Origin: Eledone cirrhosa
Taxonomy: Eukaryota
DNA length: 64,000 bases
Direction: 5' to 3'
Assembly (NCBI GenBank): GCA_964016885.1
Contig: OZ024740.1
Span: 99,882,001-99,946,000 of the forward strand
Both the position numbers and the translations under genes were made by a program. How positions within the stretch are numbered: position 1 is the first letter of the stretch; each line of letters begins with the position of its first letter. The notes beneath the pieces were generated by a model. That model made no database searches. It was not told the origin of the DNA and saw only the letters and a program-made list of their open reading frames with translations. Positions 48,042-62,400 of the stretch are shown here, in pieces.

Positions 48042-49490
48042 ATAGAGTAGAAATTTAAAGTAGCCAGAGTAGGAACAGGATGGAGAAAGTTTAGGGGACT
48101 ACTACCACTGCTAACTACAAAACGTTTTCCCTCAAAATGGAGGCCTAATTGTATGATGTGTGTATATGAACAGCAACGCTGCATTGTAGAGAGACCTGGA
48201 TGCTGTGTGCTGAGGACATATGAAAACTGGAAAGAAATGAAACTTGCATACTCCAAAGCATGTGTAGTACTAATATACATGAATGACAAAGTGTAAATGA
48301 ACTGAGGTGGACTAGGCATAGTCTGAGGAGCAAATTGAGTTTATTGAATAAAGTGTAAAGGAACTGGGAGGGACTAGGCATAATCTGAGGGGTTCAGATG
48401 CAATGTGTAGGAGAGGAGATTGTGGTCATATGGACATGTGATGCATATGAAAGTTGTTAGCTGTATAACAAGATGCAGGGCGCGCAAAGTTGAGGGTAGC
48501 TATGGAAGAGGAAGACTTAGGAAATCTTATTATGAGGTGAGAAAAACTGATCTTGCACAATTGCACCACTCAAAGGTGGTGACACAGGATGCATCTTTCT
48601 TGATTAACTCATGTATACAAGTATGGAAAGCTCAACATGCTCTCTTACAATGCTGCTGGAATAGCTAAAACTTCTCATTCAACTCAATAAGGTGGTCATG
48701 CTGGTGACACAGCAAAAGCCTCTAGTCCACCATGTAAGGTGCTTATGTTGGTGTCATGTGAATAGAGAACTGAGACCCTTCTATTAGGTAACATGGCAAA
48801 AGAACACCTAACCATCTCTGCAAGATGGTTATGCTGGTGACATGACAAATAAACAAACACCCAGTCCACCCTATGAGTTATTCAGGCTGGGGATATGACG
48901 ATAGGCACTCAGCTCACCCTGTAAAGTGGTTGTGTTTGTGGCACAACAGAAGGTGCCTGATCCACCCTGTGGAGTGGTCAGGCTGGTGACATAACAAAAA
49001 GCACCCAGTCAGCCCTGTAAGGTGATCGGGATCATGATGGTGACACAAGGGAAAGCGCCCACCCACCCTGTCTATTAGCAACACAACAAAACAATAAATT
49101 CCCAGCCCACCATGTAAAATGATCATGATGGTGACATGACAAAACCACCCAGCCCAATTTGTAAGTGGTCATGTTGGAGACACACCCAGCCCAGCTTGTA
49201 AGTAGTCATGTTGGAGACACGATAAAATGTGCCCAGTCCATACTGTAAAGGGGTCATGTTGGTTTCATCACAAAAAGTGTCCAGTCCACACTGTAAAGTG
49301 GTTGTGTTTGGGTCGTAAATAAAAAGCACCTAATTTGCACTGGAAATGTGGTTGGATTAGGAAGGGCATCCCGCTGCAGAAATGCTTCTGTATGAGCAAG
49401 ACATGGTCAGCTAATCTGACTTGTACCACAAGGGTCAACTCATGAAACTCATGCTGATGAGAACAATGGACTTTCAATGGTGATGATGAT
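48042..49490 (+). mobile_element. RTE LINE 3' portion with expanded 3' UTR tandem repeats
   Basis: GWRKFRGLLPLL, LWSYGHVMHM...CRARKVEGSYGRGRLRK. ~40-bp GGTGACA..AAAA.CACCCAG.CCAC.CTGTAA units 48690-49350. (GAT)n tail. Confidence 0.8.
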
Positions 49491-50214
49491 ACTGCAGTAT
49501 GTAAAAACGTTCAAAATTAACTGAATGAACACTCAATACAAGTCAATAGAGTGTATGTAAATTGTGTTTTCTGTGTAGATAACTGGCAGAAACATTGTAT
49601 ACAAATTATATACCAAATTATATACATATACCCATATATATATATATATATATATATATAAACACACACATACTCAAAGATATACATACATAGACACACA
49701 TACACACATACACACATATACATCTATGAGTGAGTATATATGAATTTATATTTAATATACATATATATGCATATGCACACACATGCATATATGTATTTAC
49801 TTAGTGTAGAAATATATCAACATTATAACAATTACTTAATCCATTAGTGCATGGATACTAAATTGATACATTCAACATATACAACCTAAACATAGACTTA
49901 TACACATGCATCCACATTTCTGTATGTAATGCATATATGCTACCCACAGACATATACATGTATATTCATATATCTATGTAATGCATTTACACACACAAGC
50001 ATCATAGCAGGCTTGCATGCACGATGACATTGAAAACAATAAGCCATAGAAAGATTCTGTAAAAATGTTATTTTAACTTAATTTTAAAAGAAAACAAACA
50101 AAAACCTAATTTTGTGAATAATATTTCAAGTGAGATTACAATAGTGAATAATTCTCTGATAACCACCAGATTTAATGCTGTCGTGATGGAACTTATTATA
50201 GCGACAAATTGTAT

Positions 50215-50829
50215 TTAAAGAAAAGAACAACAGCAACAACAACAACAACGGGTTACCCAAACTATTGTTGTGACAACAATAATAATAATGATGGTAATGA
50301 TGATGATCATATTATTAATAAAAATATAAAATAATAATAATAATGATAATGATAATAATAATGATAAGGAGAAGGAAGAGACGAAGAAAAAGGAGGAGGA
50401 GGAGAAGAAGAAGAAGAAAATACCGTCATCATAATCCAAAACTTTTGATTATATAGGATAAAAATGTAATGTGAATATACGAGGATTATATTTAGAATTC
50501 CTTGTATGGAATTGAAAATGGCCTGAAATTAAGATTATAGATAGTTGATATTAGAGGAATGATAAAGAGGGAAAAAGAGGGAAGAGAGTGAGAGAGAGAA
50601 GCAGAAAAGGAGAAAAAATCTATATCAAGACATACATATGACATTTTCAATGATTATGGTTCTATGTGGTTGTCTTACATTTCGGCAAATTGAGTTTATT
50701 GAATATCAACTATCGATTTAGGGTCTTTTCATATGTTTTAATATCAAAAGAATTTGCTTTCTGAGTCTTGTTGTTGCTGTTGTTGTAGTTGTTGTTTACT
50801 TTATATCGTTCTCCTTTGCTCTCATTCAT

Positions 50830-50870
<41 letters not shown>

Positions 50871-51260
50871 TTTTTCATGGAATGCTTAATAAATAGTAAG
50901 ATCTAGAGTTGTAAAGCAATCTATTCGAAGCAATTCCCAAATAATTATATCAAAATAGATTGATATGAAGAGTATATATAAGAAAAGGGAAAATCGGGTG
51001 AAAGAGAGTGAAAAGAGAAAAACATATGAAAGAGCAAGAAAAGAACATTTAAAGAGGATAATGGAGAGAAAGAGAGAGGGAAAGAGAGAAGAATGTTGTG
51101 ATGTAAAATTTTGTGGTTACTAGTAACATGTTGTTATAAGATATGTAGTTATATATATATATATGATATGTATGACAAAAAGATAAAGACAGTCTACAAG
51201 ATAGAGAAAGAGAATTAGTAAGCAACAACAACAATAAAAATGAAAAAGAAATAGATTTCC
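50215..51260. repeat. Low-complexity tract ((AAC)n, (AAT)n, (GAA)n, (TTTC)n, GA-rich)
   Basis: Direct reading. Confidence 0.8.
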
Positions 51261-52026
51261 GGAAAATGGTAAGAAAGAATGATGAGAAAAGGAGAAGTAA
51301 TTTTGAAAATGTAAGCTATAGAAAATATTTAGATTTATGCAAAAAATAAATATATGTAAAATATACAAAATACATATATGAAATTGAAAAGTAGAAAGCA
51401 TGACTAACATATGTTTTTACTGTGGTTTCTGGTTTTATTAAATCTGTTTAAACATAAATATATGTAATATACACATATACACACACATATACAACATAGA
51501 AATGCATAAATACCAAGCACAAACATAATACTAATTACTGAGTATGAATCAGATATTTAAAATTTAGTTAACAAAATTACAAATTTTTGCTGAATAGTTG
51601 TTTGGAAATTATGGAGAATAAGCAAATGAGGGAGCTTCTATGTGGTTATTTGAACTGTAAGAACTATTCAGCAACATTTTTCTCAAATGTTATCCTTACT
51701 TATTAAAAAATGAATGACTCATTCGAATGATGACCTTAAACTTGAATTGATTAGACTCCCTTACATATTATGACTTCAATGGAAGACTCCACTAACTTAG
51801 TCCCAATACACGTACAACAGATATGCTTTAGACTTGATGTTGTCTCTTGCTACACCTCCAACCCAGCTTTCTCAGCTGATAACCTATTGATAAATTCCAT
51901 CCTCTACTCGAGCCTTTATTGTTTCAACCTTACTTCCATTATTTATCAAACAACTTTTGTCTATCATCATGGACAGTGCAAACTTTGGCTTCTTTACTCA
52001 CACATAGAGTGTCAAAGATGCTGCCA

Positions 52027-52152
52027 TTATGGTCTGAGTTCAAATTCCGTCGATGTTAACTTTGCCTTTCATCCTTAGGGGGTCAATAAAGTAAAGTACC
52101 AGTAATGCACTGGGGTAATTGCTGGCCATATGATAAAAGTAGAAACAATTAT
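52027..52152 (+). mobile_element. tRNA-SINE, 5'-truncated
   Basis: B-box to 3' tail motifs. Confidence 0.85.
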
Positions 52153-52429
52153 TTATATGGAACAACTGGAACACAGAGTGGTCAACACCTGTCATTATTG
52201 TGTTTTCTGCAGCAGATGTGCAGATGATATCCTCATACATGTTCTCATGGAGAGGCAGACTCATTATGTGATACATTCATTAATGTCAATAATTCATGTA
52301 AGCCTCAAAATCACTGAGGTAGAGGGAGACATCAGCATCAGTTTCTATGAGAATACTGCCCAAGGATCTGCTTATTCATTACAAATAAGCATGTCCTAAA
52401 AGTGCCAACACCAGGTGGCTAGAGAATAC

Positions 52430-52900
52430 ATTCATCCATATTATAAACAGATGCAACATGACAGGTAATAAACCATTTATAACAAACAGTTTCAAAATGT
52501 ACAGGAAATTACTTGCCTCCTGACCTCTTTCAACAGTAACAAGCTGGGCTCCAAGCACCAAAAGTTAAATAAAACTTCCAAAAGCCATTTTTTAAAGCTT
52601 TAGTAACAGAACAATTTGCAATCCACATCGATATATATGATATATATATGGAGTGACTGGATATACAGCTGGCCAATTCAAGACTTGCCTTATTGTTCTC
52701 TCAACACCAATAACTTATGAGTGCTGACCAACAGCTCCATTCACTATATAGGTCTAATATTACACTCGAACTGTGGTTCTGCACTTGCACATTAAATCAA
52801 CGTGAAACACTGTAACATGCTTCATCAGAACAACATACTTGCAATCAGAATGACAGACATGTGGATAAAAGAAACTATTTTTCTCTGAAACCCCAACCCA
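52430..52900 (+). mobile_element. Possible very old CR1/L2-like LINE 3' remnant
   Basis: Weak motifs WAP..K, IQDLPY, IRMTDMW. Degraded. Confidence 0.35.
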
Positions 52901-53978
52901 GCACTCTATGGCCCCAGTATAATGAAACTCTTGCTCCACACAAATACATGGCTTTTACATTATCTACTGACATTAAATTCTTGATACAAGAACTTTGAGA
53001 TGTCCTTTATGCATACAATGTATGACCCCAGTACACTTCAACAATATTTTGTCTAACCCCCTCCTACAGATATATTTGAAATCAGAATGAACCCAGGCAT
53101 GTTCTCATGTTTACATGCCTGTTTGAAATAGGGTATTGTCACCAAAAATAAAGAACTATTAAAAGTTTCAAGTTGAAAGCTTAATCTTTGTCCTTACTTT
53201 CATTAAATCTCTTTCTATCTGCATTGCAGTGGCTTCTAAACCACTGTTATATAAGTACACACATGTGTGTGTGTAAGAGTGCATATGAATGTGTTTATGA
53301 TGAGAAACTGAGAGGATGCTACTATATAGCAATACCTAAAAGCAAAATATAATGCTGCTATTCATTTAACATGAAATGAAAATGACCTATAATACCCCCA
53401 CACATAAACACATGCATATATACATATATTTATACACATAAAAAAAATCAACAATCTCTTGCTTCAAGTAATAAAACTATATATTTCGAAAAATATTTAT
53501 TTGTGTACTTGGATAGTTATAATGTATTTTGAGTGCAATTTTTGTTTAGTTTTTGTTGGAGAAAAGTAATGTTTATAAAATTTTATATTCTGGTTTTGGC
53601 ATAATGTTTCTCTTAAAAGGAATTCCAGCAATCTAGTTTCCATTTCCCACATCATTATCAAAGCCTTTATACTTTGAAGGTGTTGTAATAGTGATCACAT
53701 AGTTATTGTACATTATATGTTCACACTTTACTAAAGCAACAGATATTTGTGTTCATGGACATATGTTGTGAGACAGTTGCAGTTTTTATTCTTTCATTGG
53801 TTTAAGTCATTAGATTGTAGCCATGCTGGAGTACTGCCTTGAAGGGATTTGGTCGATCATATTGACCCTAGTACTTATATTTTCAAGTCTAGTATTTATT
53901 TTATTAATCTCTCTTTGTCGAACTGCTAGTTTCCAAAACATTAAACAAGCACATACATGGACATACATATACAGACAT

Positions 53979-53984
<6 letters not shown>

Positions 53985-54065
<81 letters not shown>

Positions 54066-54068
54066 TAT
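53985..54068. repeat. (TA)n microsatellite
   Basis: Direct reading. Confidence 0.95.
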
Positions 54069-54120
54069 AATTCATTTTTAGGAATTTGTTTTGCGAGATT
54101 TCTGATATATATATATATAT

Positions 54121-54599
54121 ATCATCATCATCACCGTTTTACGTCCGTTCTTCCATGCTAGCATGGGTTAGACGGATTGTCCTGTTGTGAGCTGTGTCTG
54201 GTCGGCTGACCTTGTCTTTCTCATACAGTAACTGATTCTGGCTTTATTTCTACAGCTGGATGCCCTTCCTAACACCAACCTCATTTACAGTGAGTGCTGG
54301 GTGCTTTTTGTCCGTGGCACCTCCGCGACCACTTTGCAGTGGGAGGGTGGGGTGTGGTGGGGGGCGGGGGTGGCATATTGTCTAAATGCTTCAGCTTCGG
54401 CTTGTACCCAAGGTATGTCCGGTACTCTGTATTACGCCAGAGGCCACGGTTGTGTGTCATCGCCTTTGAGAGGTGTAATTGTGTAAGGTCGGCTTTTATC
54501 ACCTCATCCCAGGTCTTCTTGGGTCTCCCCACTCCGCGGTTTCCATCGGCTTCTAGTGCTCTGCACCTTGTTATGCAGCTGTCATCCTTCATACACATC

Positions 54600-54603
<4 letters not shown>
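54121..54603 (-). mobile_element. RTE LINE, 5'-truncated 3' copy
   Basis: MCMKDDSCITRCRALEADGNRGVGRPKKTWDEVIKADL...RGLWR, 3' UTR and (CAT)n tail. Close to 57272-57800. Confidence 0.9.
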
Positions 54604-54636
<33 letters not shown>

Positions 54637-54714
54637 AATCTTGCAAAACAAATTCAAAAAACGAATTATATATATATATATGTGTGTGTGTGTGTATGTT
54701 TATATATCAGACCC

Positions 54715-55030
54715 CCATACAATTTCCACCTTTCCACCTACCAAATTCCATTTATTTGACTCAAAGCAATAATAGACACTTGCCAAAGAGACCACACAGT
54801 GAAGCTGAACTTGGAACAATGTGGTTGTGAAGCAAACTTCTTCAACCCGCAGCCATGCCTAAATACAAGTGACATAGGTGCAGATATTATTGTAAACATG
54901 GCTGTGTACTTAAGAAGTTTGCTTCATACGTTTTATTCTCTTGCATGATATCTTATACAAGTGTATTTTTACCATAGCATTGGGTCATCACAAACCTGTG
55001 AGTGATTTTGAGTTCACAGAAACTGTCTGG
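54715..55030. mobile_element. Two older tRNA-SINE copies of a second family (54715-54860 minus, 54897-55030 plus)
   Basis: GGCTG.G.G.TTAAGAAGTTTGCTTC head motif, also seen at ~62055 and ~62280. Confidence 0.55.
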
Positions 55031-55319
55031 AAAGTTTTCAGATGGATGTACATGTAATTCAAAGATGAAACATTACCATATGTGTAATGCTGAATCTTCC
55101 TGAGAATAATGTTAAGACTATACATTTCTCTAGAATACTCAGCTAATTTCACATTAATTTAATGAGTAAGACATTCATTTACTCAAACAATTGAATGATC
55201 ATCATCAAAGCTGAAGGATGACCTACCATATTCTTATTCATGACTATTCCAGCCACTTATCAACTGTAATATAGATGAATATATATGGAAACTATAAATC
55301 CGTTTTCCTTGTTGTAGAT

Positions 55320-55400
55320 CAGAGGTTCTCAATCTTATGAGCCATGTAATACCCTCAGTGCCCCCAAGCCTATTTCCAGAGAGACCTACCTACATGCAAA
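55320..55400 (+). mobile_element. Possible hAT MITE terminus
   Basis: TGTAGAT|CAGAGGTTCTCAATCT resembles CAGnGGTTCTCAAnCT hAT ends. Other end not found. Confidence 0.35.
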
Positions 55401-57271
55401 TTGTAAATAATATATAATAAATAAAATTGTTAATTTATATGTGATAAATAATATAATATATATAAATTGATCTATATAAATTTTATATTCATATATAGTA
55501 TGTATCATTTGATATTTAATATACTATTATATCATCTCTTTCACTAATTCAAAGTTATTCATATATCTATTATACCTTGATTTATTCAGACTAGTGTCCT
55601 CATCTCATAGGCTTTCAGCTATTGTACCCTCCAGTAATCTTCTGATGCCTATCGTATGTGTTAAGATTCTTAAAACTTTGAATGGAACCTTTATTCAAAC
55701 CATGTCCCATCCTCTGCATATTTTAAAATTAGTTATATGTGATACCGTTTGCTCATTCCACTTAAACTAAATTATATATAGATACACTAACACAGGGATT
55801 GAACTGATTTCCACCAGGTAACAGCCCTACTTAACACTTAACCACTACTTATATTGACTATGATATTAACTTATTGGATAACTATAAGAATGTAGGAGGA
55901 ATGATTCATCAGCATATTCTTATTTTGCCTTGATCTCTGCAAGTTCACTATTTTATGAGTATGTTGTAGTTATATCTGGGGGAAATTATTCCTTAAATAT
56001 ATTATTAATTCTTACATCCAGTTATCTTTATATTTACTCATGGAAGAAATTCAACTACATCATTTTAGTTAATAAATTATTTAATATTGGATTCAAAGGA
56101 CAACTTCAAGCTAACGAAGAAGCCCAAGTTAACAAGGTCCAGCATTAATGATAGATCCATAGTAAATGAGTGACTCTGATGTATTATCTAACAAAGAAGA
56201 CTAATTTAATGATTGAGCTAAACTATATGCTAGGAATAACAGCAAAATCTTTGAATCAATATATGTTCAATCTAATAGGCAAGCACAAGATAGAGTCGCA
56301 GTTAGGAATGCCATAATAATGAGAATGGCAAACTTAACAGATAATATAAACTTGGTTGAACTATGGCTGGGAATATGATGAAGTGTTCATAGCTGGAATA
56401 ATTTTGATCATATGTTTACTCAATCTGCAATTTACCTGGCGATATACAAAATTTAATGAAAGGATTTCAGAGCTGAAAAGTCTTATTGAAATATTGATCT
56501 ATTTTTTTCTAATTTAGGCAGAAGGCCAGTAATAGTAGAAAAAAGGGTAAGTCAATTAGATTGTTCCCAGAACTTGACTTGTATTATATCTTATCAACCC
56601 TGGCAGAATGTAAGACAAAATTGATCTTGGTAGGATTTGAACAATTCATAAAGGAGTTCAATAAGATCGTTTGATTTAAAGGGTGAAGTATATAGCATTT
56701 TGGGGTTCTTGTCCTTCATTTAATTATTAACAAGCCAACCATCAGCAGTTTCTTCATATTTCAGATTGTATTATCATCATCTTCCTTTTATGTCTGCATT
56801 CCACATTTGCATGGATTTGACAAGTTCCCACATTCTGTGACTAGACAGATCAGATGACAATGTCCTCCTCATATGATCTAGTTTGGTAAATTTATATGAC
56901 TGGATTGAATACCCTTTCAAAAGCTAACCACTTTACAGCATGTACTAGGTGTATTTTGTTGTGACACTAGCTCTACCACTTTATAGAGTGAACTGGGCGC
57001 ATTTTATTGTAACACCACCACCATCCCCACTTAGCGAGTGCATTGGATACATTCCACTATGATATTAATTTTAGGGAGATCAATGTGTGTTCAACTGGCT
57101 AGAGAAAGGTAGTGGGAGGAGGGGCAGATGAGAGTGTGGTGGAGGTGGCACTATAAGAGCAATGGCAGCTACATGTTGCCATATGAAAGCACCTCTATGC
57201 AGTCACTTAACTTGCTAGAAATATTAGCCAAATTTACTTCAAAATGCACCCTAAAGTCTGAAACAGGGGAT

Positions 57272-60200
57272 CATCATCATCACTGTTTTACATCTGTTCT
57301 TACAGGCTAGCATGGATTAGACGGGTTGTCCTGTTGTGGGCAGTGTCCGGTTGGCTGACCATGTCTTGCTCATACAAGAACTGATTTGGGCTTGACTTCT
57401 ACAGCTGGATGCCCTTCCTAACATCAACCTCATTTACAGTGAGTGCTGGGTGCTTTTTTTTCCGTGGTGCCTACACATCCACTTTACAGTGTGGGCTGGG
57501 TGCTTTTTTGCCGTGGCACCTCCACGACCACTTTGCAGTGTGTGTGTGTGGGGGGGGGGGGGGCATATTGCTTATATGCTTCACCTTTGGCTGGTTCCTG
57601 TTGGGGATCGGGTCTTCTGTATTATTGTCTGACGCCAGAGGTCATGGTCATGTATCATTGCCCTTCAGAGGTGCAATTGGGTAAGGTCAGCCTTTATCAC
57701 CTCATCCCAGTTCTTCTTGGGTCTCCCCACTCCGCGGCTTCCATCGACTTCTAGTGCTCTGCACCTTTTTATGCAGCTGTCATCCTTCATACGCATCACA
57801 TGTCCATACTAACATAACCTTCTCTCCTGCACACAGCATTTGATTCCTCTTATGCTCAGTCTCTCTCTCAATTCATTTATGCTTTGCCGTTCGCGTATAT
57901 TACTATTACACATCCATCGGAGCATGCAAGCTTCGTTTCTTTCTAATCTGCACAAGTCTTCTAAAGATAGCGCCCAGGTTTCACTTCCATGTAACATTGC
58001 TGTTCGTATACACGCATCATACAGTCTGCCTTTCATTTTGAGGGAAAAGACTTTTGCAGCTAGCAGTGGCAGTAGCTCCCTCAACTTCTTCCATACCATA
58101 CTTACCCTAGTTGTTGTACTTTCCGAACACCCACCTCCACTGCTAATTCGGTCACCTTGGTAGCAGAAGCTGTCTACTGTTTCTACGGAGTTTGGTGGTG
58201 CTTGTTTCCTGTGGTTGTTTGCTGCTTGCTGTCCCAGCACAGCTGCTACATGTGATGCCTACATTCTTAGTTAAACTTCCTGAGATCCCACTATATCTCT
58301 TATGTACCTATTGTTTGCATTTGGGGCAGAGGATGGAGTTCCTACCTACACCTTTCCTACATACTGAGCAAGGCCATTTCTCTGAGAGGATCTGGGTTCT
58401 GTTTTCTCGTCTAGTTACAAGGACCTTAGTCTTTGTCAGGTTGACTTTGAGACCCTTTCTTTCAGGTCTTTGCTTCTATGTTTGGAATTTCTTCTCTAGT
58501 TCCATCATGGATTCAGCTATAAGTGCGAGATCATCCGCATACAGAAGTTCCCATGGGCATCTGGTCTTAAACTTCTCCGTTATTGCCTGCAAAACTATAA
58601 TGAACAGGAGAGGGCTAAGAACAGAGCCCTGGTGGACACCGACCTGTATGCTAAATTCATTGCTAACTCTAACTTTTCTGACCGATCCTCTATACATGGC
58701 TTGTACAGCTTTCACAAGCCATTCATCTACTCCTAATTTTCTAAGAGCCCACCAGATTATAGCACAAGGGACTCTGTCAAAGGCTTTTTCTAGATCGACG
58801 AATTCCAGGTAGAGTGGCTTACTTTTAGCTAGGTACTTTTCCTGTAACTGCCTCACAAGGAAGAGGGTGTCAGTGGTGCCTTTTCCTGGTACAAACCCAA
58901 ATTGCATCTCATCTAGTTTCACCCGGTCCTAATCAACTGTGCTATAACTCTTTCCGTTACTTTCATGACCTGGTCCATCAGCTTTATACCTATATAGTTT
59001 CTTCTATCTAGTGCATCACCTTTACCTTTGTAGCAGTTGACAATGATGCTTCTGCACCAATCCTTTGGTATTACACCCTCTAGTATTTCCTGGTTAACAT
59101 TTGTGTGGTTATGCTGTGACCTACCAACCCAGATCCCTTCAGCATCTCGGAAGCTATACTCGATCGACCGGTTGCCTTCCCTGTCTTCATATCTTTGATT
59201 GCCTTACTTATTACGCTGCTGCTGACATGTACTGCTGACCCTTCTATAGGGTCCACTTGGGGTAGGGTCTCTTATCATGCGCTCTCCTCATTTAGTAATC
59301 TTTCATAATGGCTCTTCCATGAAGCTTTCTTCTCAGCACTTGTGAGGGCCAGCTCACCTTTATCATTCCGGATACACTTCTCTCCAATGACATCACAATT
59401 CTCTCTGACAATCTTGAACACCTCCTGTTTCTTGTCCTCATGTTGCAAAACATGCTTGAATTTTCTATCCTCTGCTTCTCTTCTAGCTAAGTATACTTGT
59501 CGCCTATATTCCCTCCTGGTCTCTATGTAATGTACCCTGCTACCCCAGTTCTTCCCTTCTTTCCCTGCCTGTCTCTTAGCCTTAACTGCCTCATCTACCT
59601 TATTGTTCCACCACGAAGTCACTCTCCTCTCCTCCTCCCTGTGAAATTGCTCCAACCACAGATCTCGTCCTCACCTTTAGTAAGTTATTTTTTAGGAACT
59701 CCCAGTGCTCTTCTACATTGAATGTCTCTATCTGTTCTTCTTTACTGTCATAGGCGTCAAGTAGAATATCTTTAAACCTGCTACTGACTGAGGGGTCTTT
59801 CAGCTTCTAGATCTTTCTTCTCCAGGTTGCCTTCTGTTTCCAACTTCATCTAGTTTTGACAGTGAGGTCGCTGACAACTAAGTTATGTTGGGAGGCACAT
59901 TCCTCACCATGGAAGGCTTTTGTGTTTACTACCGTCCATCTATCATGCCCTCTGATGAGGATAAAATCTATCTGACTAGAATGTTCCCCTGATCTATAGG
60001 TGAACAGATGGTTGTCGGATTTGTGTTACATATCGACATATCATTGGCATTGCAGAATTCCAGAAACCTGAAGCCTTCTTCATTTCTTGTGTCAAAGCCG
60101 TGGCCTCCATGGACACTATAGAAGCTGTCACGGTGTTTACCGACATGTCCGTTGAAATCTCTTGCAATGATTAGGAAGTCATTGTCGCTTGTTAGGGCAG

Positions 60201-60660
60201 TAGTGTGCATTAGGGACTCGTAAAACCTATCCTTAAGTTAGTCTGGCAACCCCGATTGGGGTGCGTACTCTGATACTATTGTGGCAATTGTTTTATTCAG
60301 GACTAGTCTGAGTTTGATGATTCTTGCATTCACCCTGTTCACTGAGATAACCTTATCAACCCACTTGTCAGCTAATAGTATACCTACCCCTCTCATCCCA
60401 TTGTCATTTCGCACCCAGAAAAATGTGTAGCATTGACTTTTGCCTATGAGGACTCTAGCAGACTCTCCTCTCCATCTAGTCTCTTGCACACAACATACAT
60501 CAATTTCCTTTCGCTCTAGCATCTCTACAATTTCTCCTGCTCTTCCTTTCATTGTGCTTACATTGATGGTTCCAGCTCAGAGTTTTGGGCATTTGCCATC
60601 GCTCGTAGGATGGGGGTGAATTTTTGCGGGGAGAGGTCTATGCAACCTGTCTCTGGATTA
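57272..60660 (-). mobile_element. RTE-clade LINE, near full length, inactivated
   Basis: APE (GTINVSTMKGR..IDVCCVQETRW, YAPQ, DFNGHVG), RT (QFGFVPGKGTTD, DLEKAFDRV, GVHQGSVLSPLLF, LLYADDL), C-terminus (HGSETW, RPRRTG). 3' UTR repeats and (CAT)n tail. Multiple stops and frameshifts. Confidence 0.95.
58476..58922 (-). pseudogene. Reverse transcriptase core of RTE LINE
   Basis: ORF with DLEKAFDRV, QGSVLSPLLF, YADD. Confidence 0.9.
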
Positions 60661-62052
60661 AAGCTTTGCATGGATGTTTGATAGTTTGCGGATTCATATC
60701 CATTTATTAATTCGGTGTTGTTCCATTTATACTGAATAATGTAATTAGCTATTTAATATTGATGAAATGAAGACAGATAGTTATCGTTTCAATGCGTTTT
60801 TATCAGAGGTCTTGTTCAATCAGGTATACCCAGGAATTAAACAACAGGCTTTCAGAATTTGACTGAAAAATGGAGAGAATAGAATGTTCTTCAACTGCAA
60901 TACTGCATTACCACACAGCAAGTTAGAGTTTGTAATATGGTCCACAACTAGGCAGATACCAGGTAGAACCCACACAACAGCTCTGGGGGTTATATCTAGT
61001 TGCTAGGCTAACTTCCTGCTTACAATTGGTCTGCTTTATTAGAGTGTAACTGGGCATACGCAACACAAACAACAACGATTTGCCTGGCAACGACATTTTC
61101 TATTCATACCTCATAGTAAGAGAATTCTAGGAAGAATGATATCAACAATTGTTCCAGTAAAATGCAAATTAGATATTTTGTAAAAATAATTTATCCACGC
61201 TACTAAAGTAATATTGGTACAAACAACAAAGCAGCAAAACAAAACAAAAGCCTTATCTAATGACAATTCGTCAAGCATTCACATAATATGCTTTTTATGT
61301 GGTCAGGATTCAAAATTCAATGGTTGAATTTGAAATCATATTTTTATAACAATACTTCTGATGTTCACTCATAATACACTATATTGTTATAGTGTGAAGT
61401 GAGAAGAGTACAAGAATTTAATTAATTCTGCATTTGTTGGAGAGAACTAGGATAGAAATCAGAGATTTTATATAATGAACAACCATAAATATTTGTACAA
61501 AACATAAATCAATTATTTAATTTTTCTTTCTTCTATATAAAATATTCTTTGGATGGAAATAGCTTGTAATTAGATTTTTTATATATTCGAAATTCTTATT
61601 TCAATATTTTATTAAAGATATATTGTTGATATGTGTATTTAAATATATGCCATGTTGTATACTGCTGCTAGACAGTAATAATCAATTTTCTTGAGTCATT
61701 TATTTATTTTTTAAATTAATGCAAAACATACCATTCTTTATAAATAGAGTTTTGAAGGACACCCAGCAGTGAAATAGACATCATTGTGAAGGACATAGAA
61801 TTATTAGATATGAATGGAGTTCCAAATGTTTTGATCCTAACATACTTAATAACATGACAGCAGGAATATAATACTTTTATTTTTTTTTTTAACAAATCAC
61901 TATTTACTTCAATACAATATTTGTATTACTTGCACAGCTGCTCAATGTCATTTGAATAGAGCTGTATGCCATGCTGAGCTAACTGCAGTTCTTCGTCACA
62001 GGAGATCATCCCTCATTTAAATGGTACTTCAAACATGATAGTATAGATCTAA

Positions 62053-62400
62053 CATGGCTGAGTGGTTAAGAAGTTTGCTTTGGAATCATAAGGCTCCAAG
62101 TTTAATTCCATTGTTTGACAACTGAGCAAATGCCATTTACTATCATACTGGGGCCACACTAAAACTCCCTGAGAGAGTTACATTAATGGCATGCTGTCAG
62201 AGGAATTCTCAGTCGTTTGCATGCTAATTTCATGAGCACTGTCCCTCTGAGCAAAAAACTGGACATGATTCTGTCGTTGAGGAGTTTGCTTCACAACCAT
62301 ATGGTTTGGGGTTCACTCCCACTGTGCAGCAACTTCGGCAAGTGACTTCTACTATAGCCTCGGGCTGACTAATACTTTGTGAGTGGAAATTGAATTTGCA
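62053..62400 (+). mobile_element. Two older tRNA-SINE copies (second family)
   Basis: ATGGCTGAGTGGTTAAGAAGTTTGCTT; GGGTTCACTCCCACTGTGCAGCAACTTCGGCAAGTGACTTCTACTATAGCC. Confidence 0.6.
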
